From positions 319,486,001-319,550,000 of the forward strand of contig OZ024741.1 in assembly GCA_964016885.1 (NCBI GenBank): a stretch of DNA of 64,000 nt, given 5' to 3'. Each line of letters opens with the position of its first letter. Within the stretch, counting starts at the first letter, position 1. Source of the DNA: Eledone cirrhosa (taxonomy: Eukaryota). A program made the position numbers and the translations under genes. Of the stretch, positions 39,275 to 50,126 are shown piece by piece. The notes under the pieces were generated by a model. The model saw nothing but the letters and a program-made list of their open reading frames with translations, did no database searches and was not told where the DNA came from.

Positions 39275-39737
39275 TAATTGTTTCTACTATTGGCACAAGG
39301 CCAAAAATATCACCAGTACATTACTGGTACTTTATTTTATCGACCCCGTAAGGATGAAGGGCTACGTTAACCTTGACGAGATTTGAACTCAGACCGTAAA
39401 GGGAAGTAACTATGCTGGAAAGCATGGTGTCCGACCCTCTACGATATAATAATAATAATAATTGTTTCTACTTTAGGCACAAGGCCAGCAATTACCCAGT
39501 GCATTACTGGTACTTTATTTTATCGACCCCGTAAGGATGAAAGGCAAAGTCAACCTCGGCGGGAAATAATAATGAAATTATTGTGTACAGTGCTCAGGTG
39601 CACTACAGCTCGTCAAATGTGCATGTATAGTACATAGAATAATTGTTTCTACTTTAGGCACAAGGCCAGCAATCACCCAGTGCATTACTGGTACTTTATT
39701 TTATCGACCCCGTAAGGATGAAAGGCAAAGTCAACCT
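39275..39737 (-). mobile_element. Cluster of three Nin/Deu-type SINE copies
   Basis: Copies at ~39275-39442, 39459-39564 and 39640-39737. Confidence 0.85.
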
Positions 39738-40132
39738 CTACATAGAATAATATACAAATGTCAGGGAAGTGAATAGTGTATGAGTCGTGATATACATGTG
39801 TGCGTGTGTATGGAGGGGGAATATTAGGTGTAGTGTTGGCGAATCTCAGGAAGCATGGAGGTTTTAAAGGATGCAGTGTCTCGACAGCTAATAACTGATG
39901 CAGGTATAATAGGGTTTATTGGATTAAACCCTATTATATCGCTTATCCGTGTCAATCATCCTTTTATCTGTTATTACTACTCCAAGAACTTTCAGGAAAC
40001 TACCCTCCAATAAACCTAAGTAAACATCTTGTTGAGTCAAATACCACGGTGCGCTGAAATAATCCTCGGTACAGATTACTCATAACCTAGGTTTAGGTAA
40101 CTTTAAAAGATATTTCGTTCACTTTGATATAT

Positions 40133-40462
40133 ATCATCATTCATCATCATTTCATTTTACGTCCGCTTTTCTTTGCTTGCAAGGGTGGGACGGGAACTGA
40201 TTCTGGCTTGATTTCTACAGCTGGATGCCCTTCCTAACACCAACCTCATTTACAGTGAGTGCTGGGTGCTTTTTTGCCGTGGCACCCCCACGACCACTTT
40301 GCAGTGGAATGATAGGGATCCCAGTCTTTATCATCTCATTTCTACAGCTGAGTAAACTGGAGCAATGTGAAGTGTCTTACTCAAGGAAACAACACATCAC
40401 CCGGTCTGAGAATTGAACTCACAACCTTTTGATTGCAAGGCCAATGCTCTAACCACTAAGCA
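40133..40462 (-). mobile_element. tRNA-CORE SINE with RTE-derived tail
   Basis: Head GCTTAGTGGTTAGAGCA..GAGTTCAATT, MIR-CORE-like domain, GGAAGGGCATCC box, tail CTTGCAAGC..GCGGACGTAAAA(TGA)n. Confidence 0.85.
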
Positions 40463-40939
40463 TATATATATATATATACACACACATACACACACACATA
40501 CACACACACACATGCAACCAGTACGATACGAGACGGTATGTATGTGGCTGCGTTATATGTTTATGTTGTGTATGTGTGTCATGTGAACGGCTTGTTTACA
40601 GCGTTGCCAAGTAACCTCGACAACAAACTTCACACTGAATTGCGAAAAATATTATTTAAAACAACATAAAGCCGAAATCCCACAGCGAACATTGATAGCA
40701 ACAACAACAACAACGACATTGACGACGGCAATAGCAATAAGAATAATATGAACAACAACACTAACAATACTAATTATCGCAACCAATAACAACAACGACA
40801 AAAACTGGAAATAAGAACTGCTGCGGCAATTACATCAACAAGAGCCCGTACTTACGCGAGGGACATCTCTATGTGGTCATTGAACTTGTTAGAAATAGCA
40901 GCCAAACTCACTGAAATCATACCCTATCGATTTAATAAT

Positions 40940-41155
40940 TCATTCTAACATTAGCACAAGGTTAATAATTTAAGGGAAGGGAGAAGTCGATTATATCGAT
41001 CTCAGTACTTAACTGGTACATTATTTTATCGACCCCAGAAGGGCGAAAGGCAAAGTTGTCCTCGGCGGGATTTGAACTCATAACCTAGAAAGCTGTAACT
41101 AAAATACCGCAAACCATTTTGTCGGACACTCTACCGATTCTGTCAATCCACTGTT
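40940..41155 (-). mobile_element. Nin/Deu-type SINE, diverged
   Basis: TTTTATCGACCCC..GAAAGGCAAAG..GGGATTTGAACTC. Confidence 0.75.
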
Positions 41156-41967
41156 CTCCCTACCAATTTAATAATACTAATAAGAAACAAAACTAATAAA
41201 AAAGGGGTGTATTAGCCAAAGTAGTGTTATGTATACAAAAAAAAACCCGGGATATTTAAAATAGCTTTGATGATAGTTCTGTCTAATAGGGGCTGACCTG
41301 GGGCATCACAACAACAACAGTAAATAACTGGAACCAATCAACAATAACAACAACAACAACAACAACAATAACATCAGTAACAGCAGGAACAAGAATATCA
41401 ACGGACACCACCACCACCACCACCACCACCACAAACACCAAACAATATCACCAACAATAACATCAAGAAACACCACCACCAACAATAACAGCAACAACTA
41501 GGTAAGACAGTGCTTATGCATAATGTCAGCTACAAGTGAAGGTGTGAACTTAGTGTGGTCAGATTTGACGCTATCATCCTGCCTCAACTATACACTTAAA
41601 ACGTCATTAGATACAGACACAGAAATATCGGAGAAGTAAGTACACGGCATTGCTTATGTTTTTGTCTTATCTTTTTTTTTTTTTTACTGTTTAGTCAGGG
41701 AGAGCAAGACAGTGCTCATTACTGTTTTCAATGCCACCGTGATCTCTGGGAAGGGGAGAGAGACGAAGATATCCGTAAGCTGAAGACATGGTCGGAATGC
41801 TTGCAACAGAGCAGCATCACTGAAGTCTCTCAAGGGTCAAGTGGTGGAAAATAGGTTCACAGAGTAAATTTACCCAACCAAACTGGCAACAGCGGTTTCT
41901 GGAGTGCAAAGAGCCGTGAGAATTAGAGGCTTTAATAATTTCGCAAATTCGCCGAACTTTAATATAT

Positions 41968-42560
41968 TTCTTTCTTCTTCTTCGCCCACTTATTCCTGAG
42001 AAGGTCGTGGGGGAAGAGGCCTCAAACACTCCTTACAGCGGGTCTTGTCAGAAGCAACAGTGTCCAATTGATCCGGCTGGATCCCCAAGCGTGATCTGCC
42101 AAGCTCATGGATGTTATCCAACCATCTTACCGGTTGGTTTTGCCCGTAAAATCTATACATGCTCATTGCATCGAAGCTGTGATCTCTCAACACGGAGAAG
42201 TAGCGGCTCTCTGGAGTGACTCTCTGATCTCCGAGTTATGCACTTTATCGAGTAACGTTACTCCAAAGACTCTTCGGAGGAATCCCATTTCGGCTACTTG
42301 CATTCGCGATCGTATTCTTTCGGTCATTACCCTAGATTCATGACCATAAGTAAGGGTTGGCACAAAAACCGAATTGAAGATAGTAAGTTTGACTTTTACG
42401 CCTACCCCTCTTCTGATTACTGAATGCCGAAGCTGGTGCATTACTGCAAAAGCTCCTGTAATTTTTGCACTTAATTCAGCTTCCTGCCCTCCATCACTCG
42501 TAAACACAGCCCTGAGATACTTGAAGATCTACACCTGCTTCAGTGGAACTGATTTAAACT
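41968..42560 (-). mobile_element. RTE (Rex3/Expander-like) 3' fragment with (AAG)n tail
   Basis: FKYL.AVFTSDG..KLTIFNSVFVPTLTYGHES..AEMGFLRR. Confidence 0.85.
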
Positions 42561-42916
42561 CAACAGTCCGTAACTACAAGACATTTTGCCTCATCTTAAC
42601 AATTCTGCCAATCCGCTACCCTTAAATATATATATGTAAAATAAAATAAAATTTTCTAGATATCATAAGGCCTAAAATCTTGAAAGCGGAATATAATCTG
42701 TTAAGCCGAGCTTAACTGGTACATGATTAAGTGATTCTGGAATCTTGTGTTAGTCTTCATGTATCATCGATTCAATACTGACCATAACACGCAGAGTTAA
42801 CTCTGTTAACTACTTTAATTGAGATTGATTACTCATTCATTAACAATGAACCAATGCGAGAACCCTTACGTGATCATTCATCCTGCTAAAAATAGCAGCT
42901 AAATCTTTAAAATAGC

Positions 42917-43073
42917 AGTGTTTCCCTAAAAATGTCAAAGGCGGAACCCTTTTTGGTTCAGAAACTTTTTGGGAACCCCAAAATCTAATACTGTTATATA
43001 TAAATATACTTTTCTACCTTTTTTTCACGGAACCCCAGACACCCCTTTCCAGAACCCACTTTAGGAACCACTG
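42917..43073. mobile_element. hAT/Charlie-like MITE
   Basis: Termini CAGTGTTTCCCTAAA and TTTAGGAACCACTG with internal GGAACCCC repeats; no clear TSD. Confidence 0.55.
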
Positions 43074-43326
43074 ACCTTAAGAGAAGATGAATATATTAGA
43101 TAATGTGGTCCCGAAAAAAATGTCTGAATGGTCAAGATTCGAACGTCGATGATTATGGGTCAGCTTGAACAGAGAAAACGCGGTGATAAACATAATTAAT
43201 AATTGTGTAAGTTACTTACAAACTGAGGAAGCTCTATATGGTCACTAGCCCTGCTAGAAGTAGCATTCACATCTCCCTCAAATAACAGCAACCATATCAT
43301 CATTATATAAGATGACACACTAGATA

Positions 43327-43401
43327 ATATTGGGTCGTCAAGTATGAAATTTGTAGAAAGTTGTTTTCTTTTTACAAATTTCATACTTGATGACCCAATG
43401 T
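43327..43401. other. Isolated ~33-bp stem hairpin
   Basis: ATATTGGGTCGTCAAGTATGAAATTTGTAGAAAG / CTTTTTACAAATTTCATACTTGATGACCCAATGT. Confidence 0.85.
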
Positions 43402-44196
43402 ATTCGTACACAATAAAAGACAGGGACTGTCACGGCCGTACTGTTTTTATCATTAGTCTGCTAGATCAAAGCTGTCCTGGGGCGAAACAAGAACAAGAAC
43501 AACAACTATGCAGGTTACAAGTCAACAATGGCACCTCTACGTAGTCGCTCAACCTTGCTAGTAATAGTAGCCAAAGCATTATCAAATCACACCTGTGTTT
43601 TACTGGAATTTCCATTAGGTGATGTAGTTCAGGAGGAACAAATAGAGAGGATGGTCACATTTGGAATAAACTGTGGCTAAGTAACAACAACAACATTTCA
43701 AATATTTGAACTTCGAACGTAAAGAAACGTAAATGTTGGTTTCTGATTTAAGCACAAGACCAACACTTTTGAGGAAGGAGAAAGCCGATTAAATCGACCC
43801 CGGGCAGGGTATTGGCCTGCGATTTGATCTGATTGAGCTGACCTTTAGTCAACGGCGTTATATTGACCCATAGATAATGTTTATGTAAAACAAACATATA
43901 TTTAGTATGTTTGTTATGTATTTCAGAATCGTTACTCTTCGTCAACACGCTACACTAAGACATGAAGTATGAAAGACAGTAAGGTTTTATTTTGTAGACA
44001 GAGTATTCTTGCTGAAGGCGTATTCCCACATACGAGGATTGGCTGAAAAGTTCATAGGCTGGCCAAGATACTCTCAATAAACCAAATGAGGTTTATTTTT
44101 CAACACAGTCCCTTTGAAAAAAACAATGTTTTTTTAAAATTTACTTTCTCCAACCTCGCAGACGATAGGGCGACGGAAATAAGAATAGGTAGTGAT

Positions 44197-44820
44197 GACG
44201 TTCTCGAAAGTGAAAGTCATTTTTATGACAAGTGAATGTGTTTTTTTTTTTTTTTACATTGAAAATTACGATACAGTTTGTTTATTTACAACCGGTCTCT
44301 ATAGTGATATGGTGTTAATTAGTATTGCGTGTGTGATTATTTTCTCTTATATATATATGTGTGAGTGTGTATATGTGTGTATATATATGTGTGTCTGTAT
44401 GTATATATATATCTGTGTTTGTATATATATGTGTTTGTGTCATCAACATTGTTTAGATGTTTTTGTAATATCTTGCCAAAGTTGGCACCAACTATAAACA
44501 AATTAAGGCCGGGTCATAAGAAGGGCAGAGAATGATAAGGGATTTGGGTAAAAACATCTAAACGATGATGATGACACAAACACATATATATATACAAACA
44601 CACATATATATATATACATACAGACACACATATATATACACATATACACACCCACACATATATATATAAGAGAAAATAATCACACACGCAATACTAATTA
44701 ACACCATATCACTATAGAGACCGGTTGTAAATAAACAAACTGTATCGTAATTTTCAATGTAAAAAAAACAAAACAAACACATTCACTTGTCATAAAAATG
44801 ACTTTCACTTTCGAGGACGT
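44197..44820. repeat. Inverted repeat, ~270-bp arms (44197-44464 and 44550-44820)
   Basis: Mirror ORF translations on both strands (YIENYDTVCLFTTGLYSDMVLISIAC) confirm reverse-complement identity. Confidence 0.92.
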
Positions 44821-46170
44821 TATTCTTAACCTATGCCCATTAACGGTATACATTTCATGTTCGTTTTAAATGTAATTTTCAATTGCCACTTTTCCAATCC
44901 AATCCAGGGCCTTCTCGGTCATGCTGGAGGAACCCCTCCCTGATTGATTTCCACCGCTTTCTGTTTGGTTTTGGGTATACCAGGGATGTAGCCGTACTCG
45001 CCACGCTTGGTCAATTGTAGGTTGGTGAAGCTATTTAAGCCATAGATGGGGTGGATGGCCATGGACTCTGAGGAGTTTATCTGCCCTTTGAACAGCTCTT
45101 GTTTTCTGTGTTGCTGGAGTTCTACTAACCTTCCTCACCAGAAGACAAGATCTGGTTGGGGGAGCCAGTTTAGTCGCCGACTACTTGACCATGATGCAGA
45201 TTGTACTGGCTTATATAGTACCAGTAGCAGGTAGAAACCTGACCTGATCATTCATTTCATTTAGTTTTGTACATATACAACCGACAAAGAAAATGAAGAC
45301 TGACAATAAAAATGAATCAGTTCTTTAACTGGTTTCATTCAACTGGCTTGTGGTGATGTCTTTAAGAATTGCATTGATTATATCGATTCCAGGAAGTGTT
45401 TCAATTTAGTATTTATTTTATCGATCACTATTTGCCGAACCGCTATGTTACGGGACATGAGCAAGAACTCCCCCCCCCCCACACACACAGGCAGACAGAC
45501 AGACAGAATACAGATTTTGTGTTTCAAAATATGTTTATGCAAAATGTATGAGGAAGCAATTCATTAATATTCATTTATTTCCTTATTCATGAGAAAAAAC
45601 TTGGCTGTTTTGATTTGCAATTGTCTCCTTTCTCCCCCCCCCCCTTTTCAAGAGAAACGAAGAGAGGAAAAAGGAATAGAGAGAGAGAGAAAAGAGAGGG
45701 AGAGTGTGAGAGAAGTGATATGAGGGAGCAAAAGCTAAAAGAGGAATAGAGTGATATAGAGAAGGAGAAACACACAGCAAGAGGGTGAAAGGGGCAAAGA
45801 GAAAGAGAGGTATTATAGAAAGGATAAAAGTAAAAAATATTAGTATATTTAAAATTTTAAATAGATAGGTTATTCGTTATTCAATATACACCTTGTATCG
45901 ATAGATATAGCTAAAACAAACGGAATGCATTTATTCATTAAAAAAAGGAGTTCGTTTCAAAACTCTTATTCAGTAAACTTCTATGGTAACTCACAGTGCA
46001 CCCACTGTCAAGAGAAAATAGACAGATGTTCTATTTTATTCGTCAACTATTTTGTAATGTATACAAAAATGTGTCGTTACTTTTATGAAATATCAGACGA
46101 TAGCCAGGTATCACTGCTAATATACAATATATTTACAATAATATATATAAGACTTTACTATCTTTCAGAG

Positions 46171-46240
46171 CTCGGTGTCTGTGCTTAGGTAAGTGAATAC
46201 TGACGAAACAGGTATATACCGCTCTTAGCCCGACACCAAG
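46171..46240 (+). ncRNA. Hammerhead relic with helix II deleted
   Basis: GGTGTC..GCT..ATA-CTGAC-GAAAC-AG-GTA-TAT..AGC..GACACC; long helix I closes a CTGACGAAAC core. Confidence 0.5.
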
Positions 46241-46713
46241 GTAGCTGTGAAATGATCACAGCCTGTAATACAATAAAATTAAATGTATGTAAACTATACA
46301 TAATCATATCAGACATGAAAACACATGATGCTGTGTTAGTGTTATCGCTGGTTGATACTACATTTAGGTCTGCATTATTCTCTGTGTCTTATTGTGTTTA
46401 ACACTGCAGGGAGTGATTTGAGGGAGATTTGACAGCTAATTTTATAACACCTCTTAACGACTTCTCTGTAGTACTGATGGTGGTAATGAGGGTGGTGGCA
46501 AGAGCGTGAATTAACAGAATCATTATAATGTATGGCAGAGGTTCTCAAACTTTTGGGGCCATTGCCCACCCCACAGCCACGTAATACCCTCGGCGGGTCG
46601 ATTCTTCTCTCTTCCTCCTAAACACACGCACACAGTTACCAAATTAGTTCTGTAATTCGAAAGATACAACATTGTTATATTGTGGCATATACTTTATATA
46701 TTATATTATACAT

Positions 46714-47417
46714 TTCAAATCCCGCCGAGGTTAACTTTATCTTTCATCCTTACGGGTCGATAAAATAAAGTACCAGTAATACACTGGAATAATTGCTGGC
46801 CTTGTACCCAAAGTAGAAACAGTTATATTATACAGTTTTATTTTTATGTTATATTTCATATGTAAATAGTAATTTTCGAAGTTGACTCACCAATTACCTA
46901 CTTTTTTAATTAATTACTTTCAACTAATTACTGAAAATTAATTACTATTATAATTATACACTCTTCGCAATTTATTCACCGTTATAATTCATCTATCTCT
47001 TATTATGAACTATTGTGATTTTTCTTATGGCTAGAATAAGTGTTGTTACTGACATTGCCACTAACAGGAAGCAACGTAAACATATAAGCTCTTATCTAGT
47101 ATGCGTTACGGCATGTACTGACCACCTAGCTGTTTACCAAATTACCTAGTGGGACGCCATGATTTGATTCTCAACCGGGAGTGCTTGAAATAGATTGAAC
47201 ATAATGGTTTTTTATATAGGCACAAGGGCAGCAATTTTGGGGGAGGGGAAACTCGATTAAATCGAGTCTAGTGCGTAACTGGTACTTTATTTTATCGACC
47301 CCGTAAGGATGAAAGGCAAAGTTAACCTCGGCGGGATTTGAACTCAGATCATAAAGGGCCGTAACTCTATGCTGCAAAGCATGGCGTCCGACTCTCTACC
47401 GATACTGCCAATCCACC
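46714..47417. mobile_element. Two Nin/Deu SINEs in opposite orientation (46714-46826 +, 47202-47417 -)
   Basis: Conserved domain present in both orientations. Confidence 0.8.
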
Positions 47418-47689
47418 AAAATAATAAACGAGAAACTACATGAATGAATGACTATAAAATAATTAGAAAAACACTAGAAATATTTAACAACGGAAAAGGA
47501 AGTGAAGGGCAAGGACTCTAGGGCCATTGAAGAAAGGGTAGGATGAATGAGTTTTTTAACCAATTATTTTTTAAGTAATTGTTTACCTTTTAACTAACTA
47601 CCTGCATTTTAATTATAACTAATCACTTTTTATAACTCTTTATATTTTTGTGTTACTTTTTTAGTTTTATTTACCTGTTATTATTATTA

Positions 47690-47729
47690 CTAGATGAGGG
47701 CGACGTCTTCTCCCTCTTTCTGTCACACG

Positions 47730-47812
<83 letters not shown>

Positions 47813-48910
47813 TCACTCACTCACTCACTCACTCACTCGCTCTCAACAAATGGCGTTTCTTTTCTCTCTCTATGTATATCTCTTTCGCTCGGCGCTCCCC
47901 CGTCTCTGTATATAGATGAGAGCGACTTTGTAACTTTCTGTCACTTCGAAAACACACGGCATTCCTTTTTCTCTATCTATGTACATATCTCTCACTTGGC
48001 GCTCCCTCTCTATATATAAAGTGAACGCGACGGACGGACAGACAGTGCACTTATTATAATATAGACTAGCAGAAAACCACCTGGTGGGCGGTTTTCTGCT
48101 AGCAAATCTAGTGTATATACTGATATTGTTGAGATTTGGATGAGAAATGTTTTCGGCACCACATGTTCACCGTCTCTCGGTGTGTCTTTTATGCATGTAT
48201 AAATATATATGTTATCTATACGGTGAAATCTTTGAAATAAATATATGTTAAAACGAAAAAGGAGAAAATAAATAACTGGCGGTTAGAAAAAAATATTCCT
48301 ATGAAATTTTAATCATACCATTAGGTGTGAATAAGGAAATATTTTTTTATTGTCAAAACAAATGTTCAAAAGTTAAACTTTTTTTCAATAAGAAATAAAA
48401 AAAAACAACAGAAAAAATTGAAGAAAAAAATTGAACAAATCAAACGTTGGTTATGGAACTGCGCAATCTGATTAATAAATTACCTCATCAGCAGCAACCT
48501 TCTTCAAATGGTCCTTATTATCAGCAGCAACAACTACAAATTCAATGGCAACCTTCTTCAAACCACAAATTCAATGGAAACCTTCTTCGCATGGTGTCAA
48601 GTCAGAACCGCCTCGAACTGGTTACTTCTGGCTTGTGCAAGGTGTCTCTATAGCAACCAGCGATTCCCTCGGCCTCAGTGACCAAAGTCAGTGGAGAGGG
48701 GAAGGTAATGTTTCTATAAAGGAAGGGGAAGGTAATATTTCTGTAGCACGTGTTTTAGCGTCTATTCACTCTCTCTCTCTCCCTCTCTCCCTCCCGCTAT
48801 CCCCCTCTCGTAGTCTGTCTCTTTCTTTCACTCTCACTCTCTCTCTACGCACGTGTTTCCACTATCGGACAGACAGACAGATAAATTGCTGGTTATATAT
48901 TATAAGGAGA
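47690..48910 (-). mobile_element. Two head-to-tail non-autonomous Helitron-like elements (47690-48065 and 48066-48910)
   Basis: On the minus strand each starts TC.., has (TCTG)n near the 5' end and ends CTAG; array sits between A and T; 3' hairpin at 48066-48102. Confidence 0.6.
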
Positions 48911-48919
48911 TTATACTTA

Positions 48920-49155
48920 TAATTGTTTCTACTTTTGGCACAAGGCCAGCAAATTCACCAGTACATTACTGGTACTTTATTTTATCGACCCCGAAAGGAT
49001 AAAAGGCAAAGTTAATTATAATGGCGTTGGATTGCCAGTATGGGTAGGGCGTCAGACAACATAGAGTTACGGGCCCTTAGGTTCTGAGTTCAAACATCGC
49101 CGAGGTTAACTTTGCCTTTCATCCTTATGGTGTCGATAAAATAAAGCACCAGTAA
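48920..49155. mobile_element. Two adjacent, oppositely oriented Nin/Deu SINE copies
   Basis: 48920-49013 (-) and 49022-49155 (+). Confidence 0.8.
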
Positions 49156-49424
49156 TCCCCCCCCCCAACAATTGGCTCTGAGTGGCTTCACAACTGGCCG
49201 GAATGCGTTGCTGTCAAGCACGACTCCTGGTCACGCCTACGAACCCTCAATGTATAGCATTGTCAAGTGAGTGGCATATAGAGGCCATCTGCCATAGAGG
49301 TTCCATCGACAGAGAGCCTCCGTATCAAATCTTAGTTTATATTTTGCTGTAATCCAGTAATTGATTACTTAACCATTAAATCTTGTATGTGATTTACACC
49401 TGAAGACATCATCATATATCTTAC

Positions 49425-49475
49425 ATCATGATCTGATGACGTGGACTTGTCGGCCATAGAAATATGTATCCTGAT
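49425..49475 (+). ncRNA. Hammerhead-like motif (GAAAUAUGU variant)
   Basis: ATCATGAT-CTGATGA-C-GTGG acttgtcgg CCAT-A-GAAA-TATGT-ATCCTGAT; helix I 7/8 paired. Confidence 0.6.
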
Positions 49476-49666
49476 TTTTCAACATTAAAGGAACATTTAA
49501 AATCCGGCCTTCTTTTTTCATTGAAGTATTTAACTCCATTCCTGCACCAAACATGAGATGCCACATCTATGTTGAGTGCTTTCGTTTGTTGAATCATCCA
49601 ACATAAGTGATATATATATATCCAACATAAGTTATATATATAGTTATATATATATATGTGTGTGTC

Positions 49667-49799
<133 letters not shown>

Positions 49800-49830
49800 G
49801 TATATATATATATGTGTGTGTGTGTGTATA

Positions 49831-49890
<60 letters not shown>

Positions 49891-49948
49891 TTCCGGGTTC
49901 AATCGAGGAGGGGGACCCACAGTAAGTAGTGTGCAAACATCAAATTTA

Positions 49949-50062
49949 ATATAGAAATGGCTTCTACAGGACTAGAAATGTTTCATTTGAAAGAAATCAT
50001 GAGAAAGCTTTCCTGGTGATTTCCTTTGAATGAAACAGTTCTAGTCTTGTAGAAGCCATTTC

Positions 50063-50068
<6 letters not shown>
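49949..50068. repeat. Fold-back repeat made of two degenerate HHR-like arms
   Basis: Arms read CT(GG/CA)TGA-TTTC..AAT-GAAAC..TCTAGTC(C/T)TGTAGAAGCCATTT; a third copy lies at ~11291-11350. Confidence 0.7.

Positions 50069-50123
<55 letters not shown>

Positions 50124-50126
<3 letters not shown>

Noticed and set aside
43927-43978. Possible exon between TTTCAG and GTAAGG
   Set aside because: 52 nt with stops in all three frames and no other support
48447-48653. Gln-rich ORF
   Set aside because: Short internal repeats inside the Helitron-like element with no evidence of a real gene
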